Assembly: GCA_038087875.1 (NCBI GenBank)
Contig: CM075995.1
Span: forward strand, 1,428,001-1,492,000
Length of the DNA: 64,000 nt
Reading direction: 5' to 3'
Source: Malacoraja senta
Taxonomy: Eukaryota
Positions 12,844-25,235 of the stretch are shown one piece after another (the first letter of the stretch is position 1; every line of letters starts with the position of its first letter). The notes beneath the pieces were generated by a model, which was not told the DNA's origin, searched no databases, and saw nothing but the letters and a program-made list of their open reading frames with translations. The position numbers and the translations under genes are program-made.

Positions 12844-13030
12844 GGGTGGCGCAGCGGTAGAGTTGCTGCCTTACAGCGGCAGAGACCAGGGTTCGATCCT
12901 GACTACGGGCGCTGTCTGTACGGAGACAAGCCCGCGTGGTCACGGGGAGAACGTGCAAACTCCGCACAGACAACACCCGAGATCAGGATCGAACCCGGGT
13001 CACCGGCGCTGTCCGGCAGCAACTCTGCCA
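12844..13030. mobile_element. Rearranged V-SINE: 5' head followed by an inverted SINE head
   Basis: ggtggcgcagcggtagagttgctgcc..(+) then ggtcacggggagaacgtgcaaactcc..ggcagcaactct (-). Confidence 0.7.
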
Positions 13031-13272
13031 CGGATGGAACCATCACTCTTGAAGAAGAGCAGCTGGTGTAGTGTGGAGGAATGTTACGCCATGAATGCAT
13101 CAAACAGCCCGTGCTTTCATGTTAATGCATTACCCCATGAACTGCCACAGTGTCATGGCTTATGTTTTATCCATTATCTGCTCTTCTAAGCAGCAAACTA
13201 AGGGACTCCGTATCCAGCCATGCCTCGGACTAAATTTCAAGCACATCAAAGGCAAAGACAAAGCACAATAGT

Positions 13273-13592
13273 CGGCACGGTGGCACAGCGGTAGAGTTGC
13301 TGCCTTACAGTGTCAGAGACACGGGTTCGATCCCGACTACGGATGCTGTCTGTATGGAGTTTGTACGTTCTCCCCGTGACCTGCGTGGGTTTCGTGACCT
13401 ACGGGTGCTCCGGTTTCCACCCACACTCTAAAGACGTACAGGTTTGTAGGTTTAATTAGCTTGGTATAAATGTAAATTGTCCCTAGTGTGTGTGGATGAT
13501 ACTGTAAGTGTGTGGGGAAAGCTGGCTGGTGCAGGCTCGGTGGGCCGAAGGGCCTGTTTCTGCGCTGTATCTCTAAACTAAACTAAACTAAA
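13273..13592 (+). mobile_element. V-SINE (HE1-like), full length
   Basis: A box, B box gggttcgatccc, central domain, CR1-like tail, (taaac)n. Confidence 0.9.
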
Positions 13593-13665
13593 AAGACGAG
13601 TCTGACTATAGTTTAGTTTAGTTTGCTCTAACAATTGTACTTATTTGACTTGATTGTATGTATGT

Positions 13666-14095
13666 CAGGGCAGTGGGCAGGTGCTATAGACCTGCACGGG
13701 AAGGTAGACGCTCCCGCCCCCACGAGTCTCGGGCAGATGGGGCTCATCAGCCTGGGAAGGCGGTCCATCTGGGAGAGGGAAAACTCTGATTTAAAACCTC
13801 CACTGCCTTGTGGCCATATCCAGTCATGGAAAAGACTCCTGGAGTAAACCTCAAGAAAATCCGGAGTCGGAGCCCCTAAGGCAGTTCGTCGTTGTCTACA
13901 ACCTCGCTCTGGCAGCTCCTGCGACGGCGCTGGTGCCAAACTGTAACGGCCCTGCTGTTCCTTTGGATCGATCAGCGACATGGAGAGGGGGGATGTGCTG
14001 CATGGGCAACAGCCTGTCCTCCATATGACATGGCCCAGGCTTGCATCCGACCAGGATGCATCACCCATGGTCAGTCATGACCGAAGGGGGCCTAC
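13666..14095 (+). mobile_element. 430 bp non-autonomous retroelement, RTE/Vingi-like UTR-derived
   Basis: Flanked by 11 bp near-perfect direct repeats tgtatg(t/c)atgt (13655-13665, 14096-14106); contains ggagagggaaaactctgatt, resembling RTE-group 5' UTRs; no credible ORF. Confidence 0.55.
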
Positions 14096-14107
14096 TGTAT
14101 GCATGTA

Positions 14108-14402
14108 TAGACTTTAAACTTTAGAGATACAGCTCGGACATTAGGCCCTTCGGCCCACCGAATCCATGCTAGCCAACAATAGCACTATCCTACACACTAG
14201 GGATGATTTACAATCTTTACCAAAGCCAATTAACCTTCAAACCTGTACGTATTTGGAGTGTGGGAGGAAACCGGAGCACCCGGAGAAAACCCACGCAGGT
14301 CACGGGGAGAACGTACAAACTCCGTACAGACAGCGCCCATAGTCAGGATCAAATCCGGGTCTCTGGCGCTGTAAGGTGGCGACTCTACCTCTGCACCACC
14401 GT
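14108..14402 (-). mobile_element. V-SINE (HE1-like)
   Basis: Reverse complement of the SINE consensus seen at 13273. Confidence 0.88.
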
Positions 14403-14495
14403 GATTCCGCACGTCCCAAATTTAAACAAAGGCAAGGGAGATTCTTCACCATTGCACTGACACCTTGACTGCTCTAACTCAGCTCAGTCCATCTT

Positions 14496-14865
14496 AACCA
14501 ACCAGATCTCCCGGTTGCTCAGCGCTTCAACTCCTCCTCCCATTCCCAATCTGACCTCTCTGTCCAGAGCCTCCTCCATTGTCAGAGCGAGGCCCAGCGC
14601 AAATTGGAGGAACAGCACCTCATATTTCGCTTGGGTAGTTTACACCCCAGCGGTATGAACATTGACTTCTCTAACTTCAGATAGTCCTCGCTTTCTCCCT
14701 TCTTCCCCTCCCCCTTCTCAGTTCTCCCACAGTTCCACTGTCACCTCCTACTTCCTTTCTTCCCCCCCCCCCGACATCAGTCTGAAGAAGGGTCTCGACC
14801 CGAAACGTCGCCTATTCCTTCTCTCCATAGATGCTGCCTCACCCGCTGAATTTCTCCAGCATTTC
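14496..14865 (+). mobile_element. Penelope-like element 3' end (GIY-YIG C-terminus plus pLTR with intact hammerhead motif at 14782-14809)
   Basis: NQPDLPVAQ..KLEEQHLIFRLGSLHPSGMNIDFSNFR* followed by ctgaagaagggtctcgacccgaaacgtc. Confidence 0.88.
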
Positions 14866-14959
14866 TCTCCTTCCCTCCCTCCCTTCTTTCCCTACTTCCC
14901 TCACTCCCTTCTCTCCTTCCTCCCTTCCCTCCCTCTCTCCCTTCTCTCCTTCCCCCCCC

Positions 14960-14960
<1 letters not shown>

Positions 14961-15016
<56 letters not shown>

Positions 15017-15027
15017 CACCCCCCCCC

Positions 15028-15059
<32 letters not shown>
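14961..15059. repeat. (CA)n microsatellite interrupted by a poly-C run
   Basis: Direct inspection. Confidence 0.95.
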
Positions 15060-15060
<1 letters not shown>

Positions 15061-15929
15061 CTAAGTTAGGCTGGGGTAGAAGGCCAAAGGGTAGGATGGG
15101 GCTGAAGCCCAAAATCTAATCCCTGGCCTGGTTTTTCGCCAAAAGTTATTGTTTTCCAGGATCTAGTTAATATATATATATTTTTTCATTTCAGTCAGTA
15201 AAACAAGTGGTATTGTAACTATGTGCTTTTCGGAGGTGATCTATGCATTTTGTTTGTTACTTGTAGGCTTACATGTATGCAATCTTATATTAAAATATAG
15301 CTTCGATCTGTTTGGTCCATTAACTCGCAGGCACTGTTTAAGCGCACATGTTGATTACTTTCCATTCTACCATAGAGATATAAAGTCTATAATATACTTT
15401 ATTCATATTTCTATGATTCTACAGACCTTGGTTGGGAACATGGGGCTCACCAAAATTGTTCCCAATTGGGCCCCGCACCCCCTAAGGCCAGCCCTGCCAT
15501 CAATAGTCAGGATCGAACCCGGGTCTCTGGCGCTCTAAGGCAGCAACTCTACCTCTGCGCCACCCAAGAAATTGGACTCAAGAAATTTCCTAGAATTGGG
15601 CCTGTTAATGAAGGCTTCATCCTTTTTGGTTGAACCTTTCTTCAGTATTTAGGGCTTACATTGCCAATAATCCATGCAAGCGTGTTAGAATTGACTTCCA
15701 TTATCATCAATGCTGATCTGACTTGGCAATTGATGCCACTGTGCCTGTTGGGTGACGTTCGTGTGGAAAATTGATCATGCGTGGAGGTAAACCTAGATTG
15801 AAAATCTGGGACTGTTTTGCTGGCCAACAATTTACTTTGTGGCTTTTAGTGATCAGTATGTATGTAATGTTATCTTGCCATACACGTGCATCATGAAAGA
15901 TTTTTAAAGACACTTCATCTGGGGGTGTA

Positions 15930-16209
15930 AAGTTCGGTCCCACTTGGCCATTTTTTTCGCCGACTGCCGGCATCGTTGACTGACGTATCAGATCACCGAA
16001 AAAGTCGCGGCGTGATGCGGCGAGACGCGGCGTGATGCAGCGTGACGCGGTGTGATGGCGTATTGACGCACGGCGTTTCGTCAAGTGTCGCAACATTTTT
16101 TTTTGTGTCGCCGTTGGATTTTGAAATGTTCAAAATCTTTCTGCGACCCTGATACGTCAGTCAATGACGCCGTCAGTCGCCGAAAAAATGGCCAAGTGGG
16201 ACAGGCCCT
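15930..16209. mobile_element. PIF/Harbinger-like MITE
   Basis: About 60 bp TIRs (tcccacttggccatttttttcgccgactg / cagtcgccgaaaaaatggccaagtgggacaggccct) followed by TTA; left tip degraded. Confidence 0.8.
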
Positions 16210-16371
16210 TTAGGGTCTCGACCCGAAACGTCACCCATTCCTTCTGTCCAGAGATGCTGCCTGTCCCGCTGAGTTACTCCAGCATTTTGGGTCTTCCTTT
16301 GGTGTAATATTTAACTTGTTTCATGTCACCCCGTTCTGAAAAGGTACAAATGATTGAGTGGCCATTTGTCA

Positions 16372-16680
16372 CAGGCTCGGTGGCGCAGTGGTAGAGTTGC
16401 TGCCTTACAGCGCCAGAGTCCCCGGTTCGATCCTGACGACGGGTGCTTGTCTGTACAGAGTTTGTACGTTCTCCCCGTGACCGAGTGGGTTTTTTTTCCG
16501 GGTGCTCTGGTTTCCTCCCACACTCCAAAGATGTACAAGTTTGTAGGTTCAGTAAAATTGGCTTCAGTAAAAATTGCAAATTTTCCCCAGCATGTAGGAT
16601 AGTGCATATGTACAGGGAGATCGCTGGTCGGCGCGGACTCCGTGGGCCGAAGGTCCTGATAGTGCGCTGTATCTCTAAAG
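16372..16680 (+). mobile_element. V-SINE (HE1-like)
   Basis: SINE consensus with A/B boxes and CR1-like tail. Confidence 0.88.
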
Positions 16681-17009
16681 TCAAAAGACAGGAGGTGTAA
16701 GCAAGGAGCTGCAGATGCTGGTTTACAAAAAAAGTGCACAAAGAGTTGCAGTAACTCGATGGGTCAGGCAGTATATCTGGAGAACATGGAGAGGTGACTT
16801 TTTGGTTGGGACCCTTCTTCAGACTGAAAGGATACAATGGTATCTTTTTGGAGAAATGTGTGGAATACTACCCTGATTTTCATCCTTCACTGAACAACAT
16901 TCCGTACAACATTCAAACCAAATAATATTTCCCCACTTTGTTGGTGGGACTTTGTCGACCTCTAAATAATAGCAGGAGTTTGCCTAGATAACAACTGCAT
17001 GTCAAAAGT

Positions 17010-17442
17010 CATAGCGTCATAGAGTCTTACAGCACAGAAACAGGCCCTTCGGCCCAACTTGCCCACACCGTCCTACATGTCCCATCTAGACTATTCCCAC
17101 CTGCCCGCGTTTGCCCTTTATCCCTCTAAACCTATCCTATCCATGTACCTGTCTCAATGTTTCTTAAATGTTGTGATAGTCCCTGCCTCAGCTACCTCTT
17201 CCGGCAGCTCGGTCCATACACCCACCACCCTTTTGTGTGAAAAAAGTTATCCCTCAGGTAACTATTAAATCCTTCGCCCTTCACCTTAAACCCATATCCT
17301 CTGGTTCTCGATTACCCTACTCTGGGAAAGGCTCTGTGCGTCCAGCCGATCTATTCCTCTCATGATCTGTAAGATCGCCCCTCATCCTCCTGCGCTCCAA
17401 GGAATAGAGCCCTGGGCCGCTCAACCTCTCCCAACCTCTCCC
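17010..17442 (-). mobile_element. CR1-clade LINE 3' fragment (second subfamily)
   Basis: (atagagtc)-type tail and RT C-terminal coding remnant. Confidence 0.85.
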
Positions 17443-17446
17443 CAGT

Positions 17447-17845
17447 CAGGGGTGGGAATCCTAGGGGGGGGAACAGGGGGGACACATTCCCCCCCTTTGC
17501 TTTGAGAGGTGGGGGACAATCCCCCCCATGTTTTGTAATCCGGACTTTATCAGACGCTTTCTAAGGGCTGAATCGGCCCATTTGCGGGGCCTTTCAGCGC
17601 CCGACATGGCTTACAATCAAACTGCTGCATCAAGGCGATCGAGGCTCCCGATGTTGACCACGTGAACGGGCTGATTCAAGCCCCACGATTCGGGGCGGAT
17701 GTTGCTGGAGTTCACCAACCAGGTCAGCTCCCGATGTTACCGTCCACAGGGCCCGCGGCCGAAGCCCCGCGTGTGTGTGTGTGCGCATGCGCGGCCGCCA
17801 AGTTATTGTGTCCCCCACATATTTTGATAGAGATTTCCGTGCCTG
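17447..17845. mobile_element. Putative hAT-like MITE
   Basis: Imperfect short TIRs caggggtgggaatc / gatttccgtgcctg with gggggac/gtccccc subterminal motifs; no clean TSD. Confidence 0.45.
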
Positions 17846-18348
17846 TCTCCCCTGATGTCAGGCTGAGGAAGAGCTCAGAGAGAAGGTGTCCTATCCATGT
17901 ACCTGCCTAAATGTTTCTTGAGCATTGTGAAGTCAGTGACCCTGTGGCATTAAGAACAGGATGCCATTAATTTGACACTCATTTCCCCCACACCTGATGC
18001 GTTCCTGTTCAAAACCACCTCGGGGGACTACCGTTAAGAGTCTTTTAAAGAACATATTTGTTTCTGTCATTCTTAACTTGGTCGAGCGAGAAAGGAAGAG
18101 GTGAAGTTCAGCTTATCAAAGTGTGTTTGTTTGACGGTGAGCTTCACCCTGCAGCTTCACCGCATTAAATGCGACTCGCAGCAGAGAAGCAGTTCTTGGG
18201 ATTGACGTGAAAGTCTCCGAGGCAAGGAAGATTTACGGCACGAATTTGTGGAAGGGAAGTGTCTTCTATTGTTCAATGTCCAAACATAGGCAGTGGAAGA
18301 GAGAGCAGGAGGATGTGGGTGATCTTATAGAGGTGTATAAGATCATGA

Positions 18349-19279
18349 GAGTCAAGTCAAGTCACTTTTATTTCTATAGCACATTTAAAAAACAACTCTC
18401 GTTGACCAAAGTGCTTTACATTAGTGGAGGTACTAACGTTACACAACAGTGGTTCATAGATTAAGTACATACATAAATACAAACATATAGCCCTCAGAGG
18501 ACGTCAAGAAAGGCTTGAGAGTAAAGATGAGTTTTAAGGCTCTGTCTTACGTGTTTGCGGTCATCGGCGGTGAAGCGCGGCTTCGCCTGTAGAGTGGATC
18601 GCACGGTAACATGAGAGCGCCGAGCCTATGCCACGGGAGCGCCGCACGGATGCTGCGCGGGGGCCGAGTGATTCAAATACGGCTGGTCCCACGTGCTTGC
18701 GGTAAGTAAAAAAAAGGGCGGGCCGACTGCGATGACGTCGGCCCGCCGCACGTGCCTCACTGGCGGAGGCTGTGACGGTGAAAGTTCGACGCACGGCGCT
18801 CGAGCCACACTGGCGCCGGATGTGGCGGCGGCCCTGCCGCACTCGTGCATCACTGGTGGAGGTTGTGCGGTAGGAAAATATTTTTCAACAGTGTAGGTTT
18901 TATTTTAGCACCGTGCGGTGTTGGGAACAACTCCGCACGGCCCCGGAATTGTGCGTTCTCATGAGTGCGCGGTCTATGGCGGCAGATTCTTCCCGTTTCG
19001 CCGCCAATGACCGCAGACTCGTGAGACAGGCCTTTTAAGTCTCGACTTAAAAGAGTCGATGGAGGGGGCAGTTCTGATGGGAAGAGGGATGCTGTTCCAC
19101 AGTCTAGGAGCTACAACCGCAAAGGCGCGGTCACCCCTGAGCTTATGCCTAGACGTTCAGTAACCCCAAGTCGCCGATCTGAGGGACCTGGAGGTGGTGT
19201 GGTGGGTGAGCAGACTTTTGATGTAGGTGGGGGCAAGCCCGTTAAGGGCTTTGTAAACATAAAGAAGGATCTTGAAATT
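18349..19279 (-). mobile_element. L2-clade LINE 3' fragment, interrupted by a Harbinger MITE
   Basis: Minus strand reads RGDRAFAVVAPRLWNSIPLPIRTAPSIDSFKSRLKTHL, then aaagtgctttaca 3' UTR motif (plus-strand reading) and (ttgac)n tail. Confidence 0.85.
18537..19034. mobile_element. PIF/Harbinger-like MITE
   Basis: TIRs aggctctgtcttacgtgtttgcggtcat / atgaccgcagactcgtgagacaggcctt; TTA TSD (18534-18536, 19035-19037); the L2 sequence rejoins when it is removed. Confidence 0.85.
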
Positions 19280-19787
19280 TATAAGAGGAATAGATCGGGT
19301 AGATGCCCAGAGTAGTGGAATCGAGGACCAGAGGACATAGGTTCAAGGTGAAGGGGAAAAGATTTAATAGGAATCTGAGTGGTAACTTGTTCACACAAAG
19401 GGTGGTGGTGGGGTGTATGGAACAAGCTGCCAGAGGAGGTAGTTGAGGCTGGGACTATCCCAATGTTTAAGAAGCAGTTAGAAAGGTACATGGATAGTGT
19501 GTAAGAAGGAACTGCAGATGCTGGTTTACACCAGAGGTAGACACAAAAAGCTGGAGTAACTCAGCGGGACAGGCAGCATCTCTGGAGAGAAGCAATGGGT
19601 GACGTTTCGGGCCGAGACCTTTCTTCAGATTCTTCAGACAGGTACATGGATAGGACAGGCTTGGAGGGATATGGACCAAATTCTGGCAGGTGGGACTAGT
19701 GTAGCTGGGACATGTTGGCCGGTGTAGGCAAGTTGGGCCGAAGGGCCTGTTTCCAGAAGTGCACCATTCTATGACTCTATGACTATG
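19280..19787 (+). mobile_element. CR1 3' fragment with an inserted hammerhead/pLTR unit (19498-19635, minus)
   Basis: 18 bp direct repeats aga(a/c)aggtacatggatag at 19480-19497 and 19636-19653 flank the insert. Confidence 0.85.
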
Positions 19788-20012
19788 AGAGGGAATACTG
19801 TCTGGTGCCACACAAATTTCATCGACCATTTGGTGCCACAGCAATATCGTCCACCATCTATGCCTTTGATTATGCTCCTTGCCCTGCAGTGCCAATAGTT
19901 GTCACCCTCTTGTGCTAACTGTGCTAGCTCTTTCAGAGAAATTTGTAAGCACACAGTGGTATGCGTTTGAAGGATTTGGGCCTGTGCTCACTGCATTTTA
20001 GAAGGTTAAGGT

Positions 20013-20372
20013 TAGGGTTGCCAACTGTCCCGTATTAGCCGGGACATCCCGTTTTTTGGGCTATATTGGTTTGTCCCATACGGGACCGCCCTTGTCCCCT
20101 ATTTGACTGCTACTACTCGGGTCGAGGGGACTGTCAAGTCGGAGCGCCGCGTCCGGCCCCGCCTTACCCGTCCCGTGGAGTGCAGCGGCAGAAGCAGCAG
20201 CGCCTCGCCCGTGGCCCCGTTGGTCGGCAGCCCGGCCTGCTGTCCGACCTTCGGACCTTCGCTTGCCACCCTTCGGACACCACGACCCCTCCTTTTCATG
20301 GCCGATCATCGGGTGCCGGACTTTATTTTGACCTTTGTCCCTTATTTGGGAGTGAGAAAGGTGGCAACCCTA
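20013..20372. mobile_element. hAT MITE
   Basis: TIR tagggttgcca / tggcaacccta; 8 bp TSD gttaaggt / gataaggt; same family as 42615-43118. Confidence 0.88.
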
Positions 20373-20569
20373 GATAAGGTGGGGGATCTCATTGAACCCC
20401 ACGGGATAATGAAAGGACTAGATAGAGTGGACATGGAAAGGGTGTTTCCACCAGTGGGAGTGTCTAAGATCAGAGGCCATAGTCTCAAAATAAAAGGACG
20501 TACCTCTGGAAAGGAGATGTGGAGGAATTTCTTTACCTGAATGGTGGAATTCATTGCCATAGACGGCTG

Positions 20570-21357
20570 CTCCTCCAATATGCATTGGGTCTCACTCTGA
20601 CAATGGAGGAGGCCCAGGACAGAAAGGTCAGTGTGGGAATGGGAGGGGGAGATAAAGTGTTTAGCAACCGGGAGATCAGGTAGGTCTAGGCGGACTGAGG
20701 GGAGGTGCACAGCACCTCATATTTCGCTTGGGCAGCTTACAACCCAGCGGTATGAATATTGATTTCTCTAACTTCAACTAACCCTTGCTTCCCCCCTCTC
20801 TCTGACCCACCCCCACCCTAGTTCTCCGACTAGTTTCACTGCCCTACTGATTAATTTTACTGATTGTATGCCCCCTTGTCACCTTCCCTCACCTAACATT
20901 AAACCATTCTACATTTTCTTGATCATCGTTTACTTTGACAATAGACAATAGACAATAGGTGCAGGTCATTCGGCCCTTCGAGCCAGCACCGCCATTCAAT
21001 GTGATCATGGCTGATCATCCCCAATCAGTACCCCGTTCCTGCCTTCTCCCCATATCCCCTGACTCCGCTATTTTTAAGAGCCCTATCTAGCTCTCTCTTG
21101 AAAGCATCCAGAGAACCGGCCTCCACCGCCCTCTGAGGCAGAGAATTCCACAGACTCACCACTCTCTGTGAGAAAAAGTGTTTCCTCGTCTCTGTTCTAA
21201 ATGGCTTACTCCTTATTCTTAAACTGTGGCCCCTGGTTCTGGACTCCCCCAACATCGGGAACATTTGATCTGTAATTTTTACATCTTGCCCTTCCATATC
21301 GCGAGTTTCCCTCTCCCCTGACTCTGTCTGGAGAAGGGTCTCGACCCAAAACGTCAC
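20570..21357. mobile_element. Penelope-like 3' fragment with 5' inversion, interrupted by a CR1 3' end (about 20937-21265, minus)
   Basis: GIY-YIG C-terminal sequence minus at 20570-20710, then plus at 20710-20780; pLTR resumes at 21265 with a degenerate hammerhead at 21328. Confidence 0.75.
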
Positions 21358-21429
21358 GCACTAAAACTCTCTTAAAAAGGTTTTTTGAGCCAAGAGTGTT
21401 TCATTGAGTCAAGAGTGCATTTATTGTCA

Positions 21430-21890
21430 CTGGTCTCCTATTTTGGTCCCCTAATTAAAGGAAGGACATTCTTGCTATTGAGGCAGTGCAGCGTAGGTTC
21501 ATCAGGTTAATTCCCAGGATGGCGGGACTGACATACGATGAAAGAATGGGTCGACTGGGCTTGTATTCACTGGGATTTAGAAGGATGAGAGGGCATCTTA
21601 TAGAAACATGTACAATTCTTAAAGGATTGGACAGGCTAGATGCAGGAAAAAAAATCCCGATGTTGGGGGAGACCAGAACCAGGGGGCTCTGTTTAATAAT
21701 AAGGGGTAGGCTATTTAGAACTGAGATGAGGAAAAAAAATTTCACCCAGAGGGTTGTGAATCTATGGAATTCTCTGCCACAGAAGGCAGTGGAGGCCAAT
21801 TCACGGGATGTTTTCACGAGAGAGTCAGATTTAACTCTTAGGGCTAAAGGAATCAAGAGATATGAGGAAAAAGCAGGAATGGGGTACTGA
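21430..21890 (+). mobile_element. CR1-clade LINE 3' fragment (target of the DIRS insertion)
   Basis: ORF 21486-21890 QRRFIRLIP..FTQRVVNLWNSLPQKAVEA..GMGY*. Confidence 0.9.
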
Positions 21891-23461
21891 TTTTACTTCG
21901 GAGTCACGTGAGTGACTACGTGAAGAAGACCCGTCAGGGCGCATGCGCGTCATTACGTCGGTCGCATTGGCGCAGACAGGCTGGGAGGAACAGAGCTCCT
22001 CCAGCGTTAAGTTTGAAAAATCCTGCAGGTAAGTTTAAACTTATTTTTCAGGTTGTCCGTTGCAGGAATCTCTTCTCGCAGGTTCCTGCTGGATATCGAA
22101 TTGAGCATAACCCGGTGGACCGCGGGGAAATTGTTGACCGCGGGGATGCCGGCTTCGGACTGCGGGAGTGCGGTAGCAGGCGGCCGGTGGGTTTTGCTGG
22201 TTGAGTCGCGGACAGAACGGTCCGCGACTCCCGAGGTTTAATTCGGGCCGCGTGGTTTTGTCGACCGCGGATTATGCAAGCTACGGTCACTGCGGGTGGC
22301 TGTTGGGCTTGTTATTTCGAGTCGCTGACAGGCAGGTCAGCGACTCCCGAGATGTGTTTTAAATATGGGCCGCGGGGATACCAGCTACGGTCCACGGTAA
22401 AGTGAGGAGCCGGTGGCCGTCGGACTCCCGAGGGTGTTCGGGGTGCAGACTGAGCATGGTCGTCGGGTTACTACACGACTCATTGAGGCAGGGAACCACG
22501 ACTTTGGCAGCCCATATGAGGGAAACCATGTGGAGCCTGGCCAGGAGGGTCCTCTCTGTCATATATGTATGTCCTCACACCTGCATTATCCTGATATGGT
22601 GAGCCATATCAGGGCAAGTCATCAGGGGATTGCGGCAGCACCTGTGTTTTCAGGGCTGCTTACCAATTCCCTGAGTGGAGAGGAGTACAAGGGGTCAGTG
22701 TGTGGCTGACCCCGACCCCAACCCCAACTCAGGAAGTGAGATTAGTGGTTTAACACCCTTATGTGTCTATGGCAGTAGCATTTTCTGCTTATTCTGTGGA
22801 GGTTTCAGGTCTACGTCCAAGCTGGCCTTCAAGGAGAATTTACAATTCACGCATCCCGGCAGTGCTGCCCTCCAAATTAAGGACGAACGCAATTTTGGGA
22901 AGCGTTCAAAAGGGTGGACATTATAGTTACCACTTGGCCACATTGTGACTATCATACCGAGACAGATGATTATCATTTACTCAATTTAGGAAATGGGAAG
23001 CCTTGTTGAGCTGTATTATCAGTCACCTGTGGGAGTTACACCAGGTGGCGTCATAGTAATTCTGCTCATTAAAGGGACTGTGCACGTTTTCTTCTCCAAG
23101 ACGCCGGATTATTCATATTAAAAGTAAATAAATCCCAGGTTTAACTGGGATGGGCATCTTCATTCACATAAATGTCTTTGCCTATGACAAATAACTGTTA
23201 AGTTTTGTTCCAGCATTTCCCACTATGTCTGATGTACGGGGGCCAGAGGCGCTCCAATTCTTTCCTATAGGAAGAATCGGGAAGGAGCACGATTTGGAGT
23301 CGCTAGCACGTGCAGCCTGTTTGGGGAAGGAGGATACCAACAGAGCATCGATTTGCATGGCTAGTCCTGGCAGCTGCTGTAGGCAGCGACCTGACAACCC
23401 CAACTCAGAGTGAGTGCCAAGCCGGGGGTATCAATGTCCGACAACAATTCATAAGGCATGT

Positions 23462-23850
23462 CAGGCAGCAACACCTAGTAAAGGGTTGTAAAATTCCTCC
23501 CACTCAAGGGTCGGAGTGGTCGAGAGAGTGCTACAGGAGGATGCACATGTGCCTGAAGCAACACCTGTTTGCAGGATTGCCATTCCTCCCACTTGCTGCA
23601 CCACAATGGTCAAGATAGTGCTAAAATATATGCACACATGCCTGAGGCGACACCTAGTAAAGGGTTGCCAAAATTTCTCCCACTCAAATGGCGGAGTGGG
23701 CGAGAGAGTGCTACAGGAGTATGCACATGGGCTTGAAGCAACACCTGTTTGCAGGGTTGCCATTACTCCCACTCGGTTCTCTGTAGTGGTTGAGATGATG
23801 CTAAAATACATGCACACAGGCCTGGGGCAGCTCCTGTTGCAGGTTGCATA
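23462..23850. repeat. Tandem repeat, about 90 bp unit in an A-B-A-B (about 180 bp) pattern, inside DIRS
   Basis: gcaacacct(a/g)gt..ctcccact..gtgcta..atgcaca recurs at about 23466, 23557, 23647, 23737 and 23827. Confidence 0.8.
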
Positions 23851-24169
23851 AGTCCTCCCACGTGGATGTATAGCAGATGAAGATGGAGCCACACACATAT
23901 ATGATAAGATTGTGGGGAATGGTGTCGAACAACATGCTTGGTACAGAGGCATGTACAAGCAAATGGAGGAGATGGATGGTGATACCTGCTTCAGCTTCGA
24001 TTAGTCCCACTCTAAAAGAGTGTCTAAGGTTAGTATGGATTAACTCCAAACAGGAATCCAAACATGGCTATGTGCCGGGATCCCATGCTGAATGCATAAG
24101 GCACGACGATCGCATGAGGGAAAGCAGTGGGCGTTGCCTCAAAAATTGCTGCTCAGTCGCTGATTGCTG

Positions 24170-25080
24170 ATCCATCCAGAGAAATCTAAATTAACACCTG
24201 ACTATTTGGGTCACAATTGATTCAATTAAGTGACTCTGCCCAGGGGAAAAAAGGGTAGAGCTAATTGACAGCTGTATCAAGCTAATGGGGGCATTAAGGA
24301 TACATTCGGGTCATTATTATAGACCGATGCAGTTATCAGTAAAGGCTATTTCTGATTTGCAATGGTGGATTCACCATGTGTCCAGAAGTTATAGCAAGGT
24401 AATGCTTGACCAGCCTTCCATGATTTTGCAGATGAATGTCAGTGCACTCGGGTGGGGTGTCACGGATACGAGTTTCAGCTGTGGAGGCAGGTGGACTGAG
24501 CAAGATGCATCGTTTCTGCAGACATGGGCAATTAACTATTAAGAGGTTTTTATGGATAAGGCTTATTGCTCTAACAAATGTAATCTGCATGTTCAGTTTC
24601 AGATTGACAATACTATGCAAGTGGCATATATATTAATCACATCGGTGGAATCAAGTCGGTATTTTGTGACAGATTGGCTAATCAAATTTGGGCCTGGTGC
24701 ATTGAAAAAGATATTTCAGCTATTTATCTACCAGGTAGATTCTACATAGTAACGGATGCCAAGTCACGAAAGTTCCATGACAACATAGATTGGAAGTTGA
24801 ACCAGGAGGTGTTCAATAATATAGTACTTATATATGAATGCCAGATATCGATTTGTTTTGCATCAAGGTTCAACCATCAGCAGCCTACATAGGTTTCATG
24901 GGAACCAGACCAGGGGGCAGTTGCAATTGATACTTTGACGTTACATTGGGGTGGTATGTTTTATATATTTTCCTACCATTTTGCCTAATAGGTCAGAGTC
25001 TGCAAGAAATCAAGCAGGATGCTGCTTTGTGGGTGCTTGTAATACCTAATTGGCTGAATCAAGCATGGTTCCCTTTGATG
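24170..25080 (+). pseudogene. DIRS RT C-terminus, RNase H and methyltransferase-like domain remnants
   Basis: IHPEKSKLTP, DLQWWI, NVSALGWG, GGRWT, QIDNT, IWAWCIE, YLPGR, FASRFN, SWEPDQGAVAIDTLTLHWGG, IPNWLNQAWFP; many stops and frameshifts; RT core appears deleted. Confidence 0.85.
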
Positions 25081-25235
25081 TTACAGTTAGGGATCCAACC
25101 TCTTTTTGGTGGTTCCCAAGCGTAGGAATTGACTGGAGCATCCGCTAACACGGGAAAGTCATCTGTTATGTGATTGTATTGACTTGTTAATTTGCAAGTT
25201 TTAAGAAGGCCATACCTGGTGCAAGGACTGTCTGG

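Noticed and set aside
13273..13345. tRNA genes suggested by A/B boxes
   Set aside because: These are SINE heads that run into the central SINE domain and CR1-like tail; they recur in many diverged copies.
14662..15112. His-Thr and Val-Cys repeat ORFs
   Set aside because: Translations of the (CA)n microsatellite.
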